A stretch of 64,000 bases of DNA from an uncultured Gemmatimonadaceae bacterium (GCA_964571795.1 CAZNDK010000002.1:47466-111465); one strand, 5' to 3'; shown: positions 30,159-39,741, counted from the stretch's first letter. The notes: a model not told the origin generated them from the sequence alone. Program-made: numbers and translations.

Positions 30159-31036
30159 GCGAAGCGCGTCGACTCGGTCGCGGGCTCGAGGCCCTGCTCG
30201 GCCCGGTCTCGAAGGAGCAGGCCGAAAAAGAGGGCGCGCTGCGCGAGCTGCCCGTCACCTCCATCCGCCCGAACCCGTTCCAGCCCCGCACCCGCGTGGA
30301 CGAGGAACCGCTCAAGGAGCTGGTGGCGAGCATCGAGGCCTCGGGCCTCCTGCAACCGGTGGTGGTGCGGCCCAAGGGCTCCACCTATGAATTGATCGCG
30401 GGCGAGCGCCGCTGGCGTGCCGTGCAGCGGCTCGGGTGGACGCGGATTCCCGCGGTCATCCGGGAGGCCGACGACCGGACGCTCCTCACCCTGGCGCTGA
30501 TCGAGAACCTCCAGCGCGACGATCTCTCTCCCATCGATGAGGCGCTCGGCTACCAGCGGCTGCAGGAGGAGTTCGGCGTGGCGCAGGCCGAGGTGGCGCG
30601 CCTGGTCGGGCGGGACCGCTCGACGGTGGCGAACCTGCTCCGCCTGCTCGCGCTGCCGGAGCCGGTGCGCGACTTGGTGGACCACGCCGCGCTCTCGGCG
30701 GGTCATGCACGCGCCCTCCTCGGCCTCACCGACGCGAAGCTGATCATCAAGCTCGCGCGCGAGGCGGTGGCCGAGGGATGGTCGGTGCGGGAGATGGAGG
30801 CGCGGGTCCGGCAGGGGCCGGCGAGCGCCAAGCGGCCGACCGCCAAGCGGCCGGCCCCGGGCCCGGCGAGCGCCGAGGTGCAGCGCGTCGAGGAGGTGCT
30901 CCGCAAGCGGCTCGGCACCGACGTGCGGGTCACGCAACGGCGGAAGGGGCGTGGCATCGTGCAGTTGCACTACTACTCGAACGACGATCTCGCCCGCCTG
31001 CTCGAAATCATCCTCGGCGCCCCGTTCGAGGGATGA
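30155..31036 (+). CDS. parB: chromosome partitioning protein ParB/Spo0J
   Basis: RRLGRGLEALLG N-terminus, ParB box GERRWRA, HTH region. GTG overlaps the parA stop (GTGA). Confidence 0.95.
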
Positions 31037-31830
31037 GTACGCCGCGGCCCCGCATCACGGTGATGGTGCACCGCGACGGGGAGCTCGAGTCGCGCACGCT
31101 TCGCATGCCCATCTGGCTGTTCCGGATCCTGGTGGTGGTGGGCACCGTCCTGTTGATGGGATTGCTGGTCCTCGGCGCGCTCTACGCGCCGCTCCTCAAG
31201 GCAGCGGCGAGCGTCCCGGGCCTCAGGAACGACGTGGCCCGGCTGGAGGCCGAAACGGCCAAGGTGCGTGAGCTCGCCGCCGCCCTGGACAGCGCCGAGC
31301 GCCGATACGGGCGGCTCCGGGAAATGGTCGGCGCGGACATCGTGCCCGACCCGGTGGCGCTGGCCTACTCGCTTCCGCTGGCACCCCCGGTGCGGGCGGC
31401 CCTGCCCGGCGTGCGGAGGGCGTTCGAGACCGGGCCCTCCCTGCCGAGCCACTGGCCGCTCGATCCGCCCGGCTACATCACGCGCGGCATCGTGGCGCCG
31501 GGCGGCACGGAGGAAGCCCACACCGGGCTCGACATCGCGGTCACCATCGGCACGCCAGTGCGCGCCGTCGGCGGCGGCAGCGTGGCCGAGGTCGGCAGCG
31601 ACGAGGAATACGGGCAGTTTGTCGTGGTCAGCCATCCCGAAGGTTACAAGACGAAGTACGGTCACCTGTCACGGGCGGTGGTCAGCCCGGGGCAGGCGGT
31701 CAACGCCGGCGAGGTTCTCGGACTCTCCGGCAATTCCGGGCGGTCTACCGCTCCCCACCTGCATCTCGAGATCCGTCGGGGCGATGAGACGATCGATCCG
31801 CTCACGATGGTGAAGGAGGACACCCAGTAA
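31033..31830 (+). CDS. M23-family metallopeptidase (membrane-anchored, coiled-coil N-terminal region)
   Basis: ATG overlaps the parB stop (ATGA). TM helix LFRILVVVGTVLLMGLLVLG. HTGLDIA and APHLHLEI zinc motifs. Confidence 0.85.
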   Translation: MSTPRPRITVMVHRDGELESRTLRMPIWLFRILVVVGTVLLMGLLVLGALYAPLLKAAASVPGLRNDVARLEAETAKVRELAAALDSAERRYGRLREMVGADIVPDPVALAYSLPLAPPVRAALPGVRRAFETGPSLPSHWPLDPPGYITRGIVAPGGTEEAHTGLDIAVTIGTPVRAVGGGSVAEVGSDEEYGQFVVVSHPEGYKTKYGHLSRAVVSPGQAVNAGEVLGLSGNSGRSTAPHLHLEIRRGDETIDPLTMVKEDTQ

Positions 31831-32237
31831 TGGCCATCTTTTCGAGCCCGCCGCGCGAGCCGGCGGCCACCAATCAGATGCGTCGGCGCACCGACCACAC
31901 GACGCTGTCCATCATCGCGAAGGACCTGACGGTCGTCGGCGACCTCACCACCGACGGCGTGGTGAAGATCGAAGGGACGGTGCGCGGGACCATTCGCGCC
32001 GGCACCCAGGCGCTGGTCGCTCCCGGGGCGGTGGTGCAGGGTGACGTGCACGCCGCCGAAGCGGTGATCGGCGGCCGGGTCGAGGGCAACGTGCACGCCA
32101 CCGACCGGGTCGAGGTGCAGGCCACCGCCCAGGTGGTGGGCGACGTGCTCACGCGACGGATCGTCGTCCTCGAGGGCGGCAGCGTCAACGGGTCGATCAA
32201 GATGGGATCGCCGCCGGAGCCCGGTCCGCTCGAGTGA
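31830..32237 (+). CDS. bactofilin (DUF583 polymer-forming cytoskeletal protein)
   Basis: Repetitive beta-helix pattern LTVVGDLTTDGVVKIEGTVRGTIRA...VEGNVHATDRVEV. ATG shares one base with the M23 TAA (TAATG). Confidence 0.85.
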   Translation: MAIFSSPPREPAATNQMRRRTDHTTLSIIAKDLTVVGDLTTDGVVKIEGTVRGTIRAGTQALVAPGAVVQGDVHAAEAVIGGRVEGNVHATDRVEVQATAQVVGDVLTRRIVVLEGGSVNGSIKMGSPPEPGPLE

Positions 32238-33193
32238 ACCTCCGAACCGCCCCCGCGGGGCTCCTGGCGGGCGCACTCCTCCTAGCGTGTGCGCCGCGGG
32301 AAGCGCCGCCGCCCTTCCGCGTCGCCCTCGTGACACCGGGCTCGGTGGCGGACGCCGCCTGGAACTCCGGGGCCTTCGCCGGGCTCGGGCAGATCCACGA
32401 TTCGCTCGGCGTGCCGGTGAGCCACGTGGAGGCGCGCACCCCCGCCGAGCAGGAAGAGGCGCTTCGGACCTACGCCGCGCAGGGCTACAACCTGGTGTTC
32501 GGGCACGGGTTCGAGTTCCAGGGGCCGGCGGAGCGGGTCGGGGCGGAGTATCCGTCGGTGGTGTTCATCATCACCTCGGGCGAGCGGGTCCAGGGGAACG
32601 TGGCCCCGCTGATCTTCCGCCTGAACGAGGCGAGCTACCTGGCGGGGATGGTGGCCGGGGGCATGACGAAGAGCGGCGTCATCGGGTTCGTGGGTGGGGT
32701 GGAACTGCCGCCGGTCCGCGATGCGGCGGAGGCCTGGGTGGCCGGCGCCCGCGCGGTGAATCCCCGAGTGCAGAGCCGCACGACCTACCTCAACAATTGG
32801 GACGACGCCGCGCTGGGCCGCGAGGCGGCCCGGGCGCTGATCCGGGTCGGCGCGGACATGCTGCACCACAACGCCGACGCCGCGGCCATCGGCGTGTTCC
32901 AGGCGGCGAAGGAAGCGCCCGGCGTGTACGTCTTCGGCGCGAACGCCGACCAGGCGTCCCTGGCGCCCGAACGCGTCCTCGGGTCGGCCGTGATCGACCT
33001 GCCCCGCGCCCTGCTCCTGGTGGCGCGCGACGTCCAGCTCGGCACCTTCACCCCGAAGGTGGAGTCGTTCGGGCTCGCCAGCGGCGTCGTGCGCTACGTG
33101 CCCAACCCCGCCCTCGACTCCCTGGTCCCCGACGCGCTCCGGGCACGAGTCCAGGCCGCGGAGGACAGCATCCGACAGCAGGGTGGCTCATGA
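32234..33193 (+). CDS. BMP-family (PnrA/Med-like) ABC substrate-binding lipoprotein
   Basis: GTG overlaps the bactofilin stop. Lipobox LLLAC. DAAWNSGAFAGL and GHGFEF motifs typical of basic membrane protein/nucleoside-binding proteins. Confidence 0.85.
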   Translation: MNLRTAPAGLLAGALLLACAPREAPPPFRVALVTPGSVADAAWNSGAFAGLGQIHDSLGVPVSHVEARTPAEQEEALRTYAAQGYNLVFGHGFEFQGPAERVGAEYPSVVFIITSGERVQGNVAPLIFRLNEASYLAGMVAGGMTKSGVIGFVGGVELPPVRDAAEAWVAGARAVNPRVQSRTTYLNNWDDAALGREAARALIRVGADMLHHNADAAAIGVFQAAKEAPGVYVFGANADQASLAPERVLGSAVIDLPRALLLVARDVQLGTFTPKVESFGLASGVVRYVPNPALDSLVPDALRARVQAAEDSIRQQGGS

Positions 33194-33966
33194 GCGAGCA
33201 CGCGATTCCCCTCAACACGCTGACCGAATACCTGGATACCTATCTCCAGGTGCGTGAGATTCCTGACGAGAACAACGCGGTCAACGGCCTCCAGGTGGAG
33301 AACCGAGGCACGGTGGACCGGATCGTGGCGGCGGTGGATGCCTCGCTCGAAGCGATCCTGGGCGCCGCACCGGGGGGCGAGGGCGGCGGCACGCTGCTGC
33401 TGGTCCACCATGGGCTCCTCTGGGACGGCAACGCGCCGCTGACCGGCCGCCGGTACCGCCGGGTCCGTGCCCTGCTCGACCGCAACATCGCCCTGTACTC
33501 GGCGCACATTCCGCTCGACATCCACCCCGAGGTCGGCAACAACATGGTCCTGGCGCGGCGGCTCGACATCGCGCTCGAAGGGTGGTTCGGCGACTATCGC
33601 GGCCAGCGGCTGGGCGTGTACGGCGAACTGGCGCTGCCGCGGGAAGAGCTGGTGCGGCGGATCGAGGGGCAGCTCACTGCCGACGCGCGGCTGATTCCCG
33701 GGGGCCCGGCCATCACCGGTCACGTCGGGATCGTGACGGGAAGCGGCGGGGGGTACATCGCCCAGGCGAAGGCGGCGGGCATCGACACGCTCATTACCGG
33801 GGAAGGCGCGCACCACACTTATTTCGACGCGGTGGAGCTCGGCGTGAACGTGATCTACGCGGGGCACTACGCCACCGAGCAGGTCGGGGTGCAGGCGCTG
33901 GCGCAGCACCTGGGGCTCCGGTTCGAGCTGCCGTGGGAGTTCCACCGGCATCCGACGGGGATGTAG
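33190..33966 (+). CDS. Nif3-family dinuclear metal centre protein (YbgI/YqfO-like)
   Basis: ATG overlaps the BMP gene stop. NGLQVEN, LLLVHHGLLW, SAHIPLD, ITGEGAHH motifs. Confidence 0.85.
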   Translation: MSEHAIPLNTLTEYLDTYLQVREIPDENNAVNGLQVENRGTVDRIVAAVDASLEAILGAAPGGEGGGTLLLVHHGLLWDGNAPLTGRRYRRVRALLDRNIALYSAHIPLDIHPEVGNNMVLARRLDIALEGWFGDYRGQRLGVYGELALPREELVRRIEGQLTADARLIPGGPAITGHVGIVTGSGGGYIAQAKAAGIDTLITGEGAHHTYFDAVELGVNVIYAGHYATEQVGVQALAQHLGLRFELPWEFHRHPTGM

Positions 33967-33995
33967 GGGCGGGATTCCCTGCGCCGGCGGTTCCC

Positions 33996-35456
33996 ATGAT
34001 CCTCTCACTCCAACAGATCTCCAAGTCCTTTTCCTCCGTGAGGGCGCTGGTGGGGGTGGACCTGGTGCTGCGCCCCGGCGAGGTGCATGCCGTCCTGGGC
34101 GAGAACGGCGCCGGCAAGTCCACGTTGATGCGTATTGCCAATGGACTGCTCCGGCCCGATGCAGGCACCATTTCGGTCGACGGGACGGTGGTCCGCTTCC
34201 GGTCCGCGCGCGATGCCCGGCGGTGCGGCATCGGCATGGTGCACCAGCATTCGACCGCGGTGCCGGCCCTGTCCGTCATGGAAAACGTCGCGCTCGCCGC
34301 CGGCTGGCCGGTGGCGCCGGCCCCGCTCCGCCGCCGCGTGGATGCCCTCACCGCCCGGCTCTCCCTCCCGCTCGATCCTTCGCTCCCCGCATCGCGCCTC
34401 AGCGTCGCCCTCAAGCAGCGACTCGAAATCGTGAAGGCGCTGGCCTCCGAGGCGCGCATCCTCCTGCTGGACGAGCCGACCGCCGTCCTCGCCCCCGCCG
34501 AGGCGGACGAGCTGCTGCGCTTCGTGGAGGGCTTCGCGCGCGCCGGGGGTGCGGCGGTGCTGATCACCCACAAGCTCGACGAGGCGCTCGCCGTGGCCGA
34601 CCGCATCACGGTCCTGCGCCAGGGCAGGGTGGTCGCCTCGGCCCCTCGGACGGAGCTTACGGCCGCGGAACTGACTGCGGCGATGATCGGGGGCGAGGTG
34701 GCCGTCGCCCAACGTGGTGGGAAGCCAACCAACGGGCCCGTGCTGATCCACTGCGACGCCCTCGAGGTGGCGCGGGAGTCCGGCACCGGCCTCCGCCGGG
34801 CGTCATTCAGCGTCCGCGGGGGCGAACTGGTGGCGGTGGCCGGCGTCGAGGGCAACGGGCAGCGGGAACTGCTCCGCGCCGTGGCCGGCCTCCGCCGCCC
34901 GTTCCGCGGGCTATTGGAGGTCTCCCGGCCGATCGCGTTCATCCCCGAAGACCGTACCACGGAAGGATTGATTCCCTCGCTGACCCTGACCGAGAACGTG
35001 GTGCTCGGCGTGGGGCGCGCCGCATCGTGGATCGTCGGGCGGCGGGTCCGGCGGGTGGACTGGCCGGCCGCCCGGCGGCGCACCACGGAGCTGCTCGCCC
35101 AGTTCGGCGTTCGCGCGGCTGGTTCGGAAGCGCCGGCGGGCAGCCTGAGCGGCGGCAACCAGCAGAAGCTCCTCGTGGCGCGTGCCCTCGAGCGCCGCCC
35201 CCGGGTGCTGGTGGCGGAGAATCCGACGCGCGGGCTCGACCTGCAGGCAGCGGCGGACATCCACGCGCGGCTTCGGGCCGCCGCGGCGGCCGGCGCCGCG
35301 GTGCTGGTCTACTCCAACGATCTCGATGAGGTGGTGGAGCTGGGAGACCGTGTCCTCGTGGCGGTGGGGGGCGTGATTGCCGAGGCGTCGGCGGGAGCCG
35401 ACCGTCGGGCGATCGGCGCGATGCTGCTCGGTCAGGAGCCGGCACGTGCGGGGTGA
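33996..35456 (+). CDS. ABC transporter ATP-binding protein, duplicated ATPase (nucleoside/sugar type)
   Basis: First module has GENGAGKST, LSVALKQRLEIVKAL, LLLDEPTAVL. Second module has LSGGNQQKLLVAR. Confidence 0.9.
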   Translation: MILSLQQISKSFSSVRALVGVDLVLRPGEVHAVLGENGAGKSTLMRIANGLLRPDAGTISVDGTVVRFRSARDARRCGIGMVHQHSTAVPALSVMENVALAAGWPVAPAPLRRRVDALTARLSLPLDPSLPASRLSVALKQRLEIVKALASEARILLLDEPTAVLAPAEADELLRFVEGFARAGGAAVLITHKLDEALAVADRITVLRQGRVVASAPRTELTAAELTAAMIGGEVAVAQRGGKPTNGPVLIHCDALEVARESGTGLRRASFSVRGGELVAVAGVEGNGQRELLRAVAGLRRPFRGLLEVSRPIAFIPEDRTTEGLIPSLTLTENVVLGVGRAASWIVGRRVRRVDWPAARRRTTELLAQFGVRAAGSEAPAGSLSGGNQQKLLVARALERRPRVLVAENPTRGLDLQAAADIHARLRAAAAAGAAVLVYSNDLDEVVELGDRVLVAVGGVIAEASAGADRRAIGAMLLGQEPARAG

Positions 35457-36504
35457 CCTCCGAGGACTGGGCATCGGGCTCGCCGCCCTCCTGGGCGGCG
35501 TGCTGCTGCTGTCCCTCGGGCTCGAGGCAGCAGGCTACGACGCGCCCGCCGCACTCATTGCGCTCTGGGATGGAGCGTTCGGCTCCTGGCGCGCGTTCAC
35601 CGGAGCCACGCTGCTCCGCGCCACGCCTCTGATCCTCATCGGATTGGGATTCGCCCTGGCGCTCCGGGGCGGCGCGCTCAACATCGGGGCAGAGGGGCAG
35701 TTCTACGCCGGGGCGATCGCGGCAACCTGGGTAGGCGTGCACTCGGGCCAGTGGCCAGCCTGGGTGGCGCTGCCGCTGGTGGCGGGGGCCGGGCTCGCGG
35801 CCGGGGCGCTCTGGATGGCACTGCCCGTCATCCTGCGCCTCCGCTTCGGCGTGCTCGAGGTGATCAGCACGCTGCTGCTCAACTTCGTGGCGGAGGCGCT
35901 GGTCAGCCTGATGGTGCAGGGCCCGCTGCAGGAGCCCACCGGGGTCTATCCACAAAGCGCGCCGATCGCGATGGCGGCGAGGCTTCCCTTGTTGCCCGGC
36001 ACGCGGCTGCACGCCGGGTTCCTGGTGGCGCTCGTTCTGGCCGCTGCCCTGGGCTGGATCTTCGCGCGCACCTGGTGGGGATTCCGCCTCCGCGCGCTGG
36101 GCGAAGGGCCGCGTGCCGCCGAGGTGAGCGGGCGGGTGCCGGCCGGCCGCATGGTGGCGATGGCGCTCTTCGGCTCGGCGGCGCTGGCCGGATTGGCCGG
36201 TGCGTTCGAGGTGAACGGCGTGTCGTACGCCCTCTACCAGAACCTGTCGCCGGGGTACGGCTTCACCGCCATCGGCGTGGCACTGCTGGCTCGCCTCCGC
36301 CCGTCGGCGATCGTGATCACCGGCATCGTGTTCGGCGCGCTGGAGGCCGGCGCGGGCGCCATGCAGCGAGACGCCGGCATCCCGGCGGTGGCGGTGTACG
36401 TGGTGGAAGCCACGATCATCATCGTGGTGCTGCTCGGCCAGGCACTGGCCCGGCGCGGCGAGGGCCGCGCCCCGCGCGTGGACGCGTCGGAGGCGGCCGC
36501 ATGA
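35446..36504 (+). CDS. ABC transporter permease (BMP-system, YufP-like)
   Basis: Multi-TM, NIGAEGQFYAG motif. GTG at 35446 overlaps the ATPase end by 11 nt. Start uncertain; the track ORF begins at 35377. Confidence 0.8.
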   Translation: MRGDLRGLGIGLAALLGGVLLLSLGLEAAGYDAPAALIALWDGAFGSWRAFTGATLLRATPLILIGLGFALALRGGALNIGAEGQFYAGAIAATWVGVHSGQWPAWVALPLVAGAGLAAGALWMALPVILRLRFGVLEVISTLLLNFVAEALVSLMVQGPLQEPTGVYPQSAPIAMAARLPLLPGTRLHAGFLVALVLAAALGWIFARTWWGFRLRALGEGPRAAEVSGRVPAGRMVAMALFGSAALAGLAGAFEVNGVSYALYQNLSPGYGFTAIGVALLARLRPSAIVITGIVFGALEAGAGAMQRDAGIPAVAVYVVEATIIIVVLLGQALARRGEGRAPRVDASEAAA

Positions 36505-37421
36505 TGGAGCCACTCGCCGTGGCGGCGGACGTGCTGGTGGCGGCGGTCGGCATCGCCACGCCGCTCGCGCTCGCGGCCACCGGCGAGACCATCGCCGAGC
36601 GCTCGGGCGTGGTGAACCTGGGGATCGAGGGTGCGATGCTCTTCGGCGCCTTGGGCGGAGCCATCGGCGCCACGCTGGGTGGGCCGGCGGGAGGGCTGGC
36701 CCTCGGCGTGCTCGCCGGCGTCGCGGTCGCGGCGCTCTTTGCGGCGGTGGCGGTCGGCGCGGGAGCGGACCAGATCATCTCGGGCACCGCCGTGACGCTG
36801 GGCAGCGTGGGGCTGACGGGCACCATCTATCGGCAGTTTTACGGAGCCGCCGGCGTGGGCCTTTCCATTCCGACATTGGCCCCGGTGCCGATTCCCGGCC
36901 TGTCCGGCATCCCGCTGGTCGGCGCGGCGTTCTTCGCGCAACCGGTCACCACCTACCTGGCAATCGGGTTGATCGCGGCATCGTGGTGGGCTCTCTTCCG
37001 GACGCGGCCTGGCCTGGCGCTCCGTGCCGCGGGGGAGGATCCAGTGGCGGCGCGGGCCGCCGGCGTGCCGGTGCGGCTGACGCGGAGCGTGGCGGTGCTG
37101 TTGGGCGGCGCGTTCGCGGGGCTGGCGGGTGCGACGCTTGTCCTGGCCCAGGTCGGGACCTTCGCCGAGCGCATGACGGCGGGGCGCGGGTTCATCGCCA
37201 TCGCGATCGTCGTGCTGGGGCGCTGGAATCCGGTGGGCGCGGCGCTGGCCGCGCTGCTCTTCGGGCTGGCCACGGCGCTGCAGTTCGCCTTTCAGGCGGC
37301 GGGGCTGCGGGTGCCGTATCAGCTGTTCCTGATGTTCCCGTTCCTGCTCACGTTGCTTGCGCTGGCTGGGGTGGTCGGGCGGGTGAAGGCACCGGCGGGC
37401 TTGGGGAAGAGGGAGGAATGA
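36501..37421 (+). CDS. ABC transporter permease (BMP-system, YufQ-like)
   Basis: ATG overlaps the upstream stop (ATGA). ERSGVVNLGIEG motif. Multi-TM. Confidence 0.85.
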   Translation: MMEPLAVAADVLVAAVGIATPLALAATGETIAERSGVVNLGIEGAMLFGALGGAIGATLGGPAGGLALGVLAGVAVAALFAAVAVGAGADQIISGTAVTLGSVGLTGTIYRQFYGAAGVGLSIPTLAPVPIPGLSGIPLVGAAFFAQPVTTYLAIGLIAASWWALFRTRPGLALRAAGEDPVAARAAGVPVRLTRSVAVLLGGAFAGLAGATLVLAQVGTFAERMTAGRGFIAIAIVVLGRWNPVGAALAALLFGLATALQFAFQAAGLRVPYQLFLMFPFLLTLLALAGVVGRVKAPAGLGKREE

Positions 37422-37570
37422 GAGGAATGAGAGGAAGGAGAAAAGGACTTGGGACTTGGAGGGGAGGAATGAGAAAAGAGACAGGAGGAGGTCCGCACCA
37501 AGGCAGCCTCCTTTCTCCTGTCTCCTTCTGCCCCTCCTAGTCCCTTAGTCCCTTTCCCCTTCCTCTACTC
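37405..37570. repeat. GGACT-heptad long hairpin element, copy 1 (purine arm / loop / pyrimidine arm)
   Basis: Purine arm 37405-37491, loop 37492-37506, pyrimidine arm 37507-37565. Core GGACTTGGGACTTGGAGGGG faces CCCCTCCTAGTCCCTTAGTCC. Fills the gap between convergent stops at 37421 and 37576. Confidence 0.8.
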
Positions 37571-37575
37571 TTCTA

Positions 37576-38016
37576 CTATTTCACTTCATCCGTGTCGACC
37601 TGCCCCGTCACCTTTCTCGTGATGATCGACCAGCCCGAGCCAACAGTCAGGATGAGCGTCACGGAAACCAGGACCAGGTGTACGATGCCGGAGGTGCTGC
37701 CGGGGGCCAGCACCTTCCAGCTGATCAGCAACCAGATCAGCACGCCACAAAGGGCCAGGCCCAGTACCACCCCGACGATCCCGAGGGACCGCCGGGTGGC
37801 CTGGATGAGGAACACCCAACCGATGAGGAGAACGAGTCCGACCAACACCTTCAGCGGTCCGATCCCGGTGATGGTGGTCGGGTCCCTGACGATGGGCAGG
37901 ATGGCCCAGTGGAACCAGGACCTGCCCAGGGGATTGAAGGTTCCGTACACCAGCAGCAGTGCCATCACGAACCTGCCCAGCACCGCCGTCCAATTGATCC
38001 CCCTGGAACCAGCCAT
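37576..38016 (-). CDS. hypothetical integral membrane protein (4 TM)
   Basis: 146 aa, ATG start, four hydrophobic helices. Somewhat lower GC than its neighbours. Confidence 0.6.
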   Translation of the reverse strand: MAGSRGINWTAVLGRFVMALLLVYGTFNPLGRSWFHWAILPIVRDPTTITGIGPLKVLVGLVLLIGWVFLIQATRRSLGIVGVVLGLALCGVLIWLLISWKVLAPGSTSGIVHLVLVSVTLILTVGSGWSIITRKVTGQVDTDEVK

Positions 38017-38052
38017 CCCCGGACTCCGTTCTATGGTGTGAAGCCTTCGAGC

Positions 38053-38691
38053 TCAGTCGCCGGGATTCTGGGTCTTGAACACCATCGCCGCCGCCCAGCC
38101 GCCGAGAAGTGGAGCCACCAGGTAGATCCAGGCCTGGCCGAGCGATCCGCCGGCGAAAATCGCGTTCACGAGGGCGGGACCGAGTCCGACCGCGGGGTTG
38201 AAAGCGCCGCCGGAAATCGCGCCGCCGGCAAAGGCACCCACCACGACCGTGAAGCCGATCGCCAAGCCGTAGAACGAGTTACCCGATGTGGCAGACGCGG
38301 TGGCGGAGTTCAGGACCACGAGGGCCAGGGCAAAGGTGAAGAGGAACTCGACGAGCAGGGCGTGGAAGAGCGGGTGTCCGGTGCCCGGTGCGACGACCAG
38401 CGGGGTGCCCATCAGCATCATGGTGGCGTAGGCGGCGACGACGGCCCCGGCGAGTTGGGCGCCCCAGTAGGGCAACAGGCTCTTCGAGTCCAGCTTCCCC
38501 CGGAAGAAGGCGGCCAGCGACACGGCCGGATTGTAGTGGCCGCCGGAGACATGGCCGCCCATGTAGACCATGATCATCAGCGAGCACCCAATGGCGAGCG
38601 GGGCGAACGGCGAGCCGGCCACGACCGTCATTCCGATCGTCAGCACCAGGAAGAAGGTGCCGATGAACTCGGTGAGCAGCTTCTTGGACAT
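38053..38691 (-). CDS. aqpZ: aquaporin/MIP-family channel
   Basis: 212 aa from MSKKLLTEFIGTFFLV. Two NPA boxes (HYNPAVS, AFNPAVG). It is the C-terminal part of the 539-aa track ORF. Confidence 0.9.
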   Translation of the reverse strand: MSKKLLTEFIGTFFLVLTIGMTVVAGSPFAPLAIGCSLMIMVYMGGHVSGGHYNPAVSLAAFFRGKLDSKSLLPYWGAQLAGAVVAAYATMMLMGTPLVVAPGTGHPLFHALLVEFLFTFALALVVLNSATASATSGNSFYGLAIGFTVVVGAFAGGAISGGAFNPAVGLGPALVNAIFAGGSLGQAWIYLVAPLLGGWAAAMVFKTQNPGD

Positions 38692-38811
38692 GCGGGTCTC
38701 CGTGAGGGGATCCTGAGGCGGCAGGGGGGTCCGACCGCCGCCTATATTGCGTCGTGATCGGCCGTTCCGCCAGACGGCACCGACGCGCGCCACTCTCGAC
38801 CCGGAGGCCCC

Positions 38812-39351
38812 TTGCCCACGCTCTCTCCCGCCCGGCCTGCTCCCACGGAGCATTACTCCTATTACCTGACCTATGTGTCCGAGGTGCCCGAGGGCGACCT
38901 GCTGGCCTTGCTGGCCGCGCAACGGGACTCGACCGCGGCCTTGCTGGCTACCATTCCGGAAGCCAAGGCAGGGTATCGCTATGCGCCGGGCAAGTGGAGC
39001 ATCAAGGAGGTCATCGGGCACATCTCGGACGCCGAGCGTGTCTTTGCCTATCGGGCGCTCCGGATTGCCCGGGCCGACGCGACGTCCCTGCCCGGGTTCG
39101 ACGAGAACGCATGGATGCCGCCGGCCGAATTCGACCGCCGGACCCTGGCAGATCTGGCCGCAGACCTCCGCTCGGTCCGGGAGAGCACCCTGGCGCTCTT
39201 TCGCGGTTTTCCCGGTGAGGCCTGGACCCGGCTCGGCACGGCGAGCGGCCATCCGGTGTCGGTCCGGGCGCTGGCCTACATCCTGACCGGCCACGAGCGG
39301 CATCACCTCCGTGTCCTGCAGGAGCGGTACCTGCCGCACGTCGGGGCCTGA
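38812..39351 (+). CDS. DinB-family protein
   Basis: TTG start with GGAGG 5 nt upstream. WSIKEVIGHISDAERVF and HERHHLRVL motifs. Confidence 0.8.
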   Translation: MPTLSPARPAPTEHYSYYLTYVSEVPEGDLLALLAAQRDSTAALLATIPEAKAGYRYAPGKWSIKEVIGHISDAERVFAYRALRIARADATSLPGFDENAWMPPAEFDRRTLADLAADLRSVRESTLALFRGFPGEAWTRLGTASGHPVSVRALAYILTGHERHHLRVLQERYLPHVGA

Positions 39352-39477
39352 TCCGGCAAGATCCCCTCCCCTCTGCTTCACGCCGCCTTCACGACAACCG
39401 CGCCATCCTTCGCTGCCACCTCCATCCGGGGGTGGCCGGCGGGGAGCATCCCGCCTCACGGGAACGCGGGAGACCAG

Positions 39478-39741
39478 ATGGTGAGCCAGCGGACGTTCAG
39501 CACCGAGGATGCCCGGCGGGTCGGCGACCGGCTCGGCATCAACTGGACCCAGGTGGACATCGAGCAGTTCCGGATGGGCATGGAGGTCGAGCTCGAGCAC
39601 GGGGTGCGCAACGTGGTCACGAACGTGACCAACGACGACCTGATGCTGACGGGCAAGATCGCGCTCGCGCACCTGAACGAATTCCGGGACTACTACACCC
39701 GGCTGCAGAAGATGGAAGACGAGGCCAAGGCGAGCCTCTAG
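39478..39741 (+). CDS. small conserved hypothetical protein (ELEHG-motif, DUF5661-like)
   Basis: 87 aa. LGINWTQVDIEQFRMGMEVELEHG. The family assignment is from memory only. Confidence 0.55.
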   Translation: MVSQRTFSTEDARRVGDRLGINWTQVDIEQFRMGMEVELEHGVRNVVTNVTNDDLMLTGKIALAHLNEFRDYYTRLQKMEDEAKASL

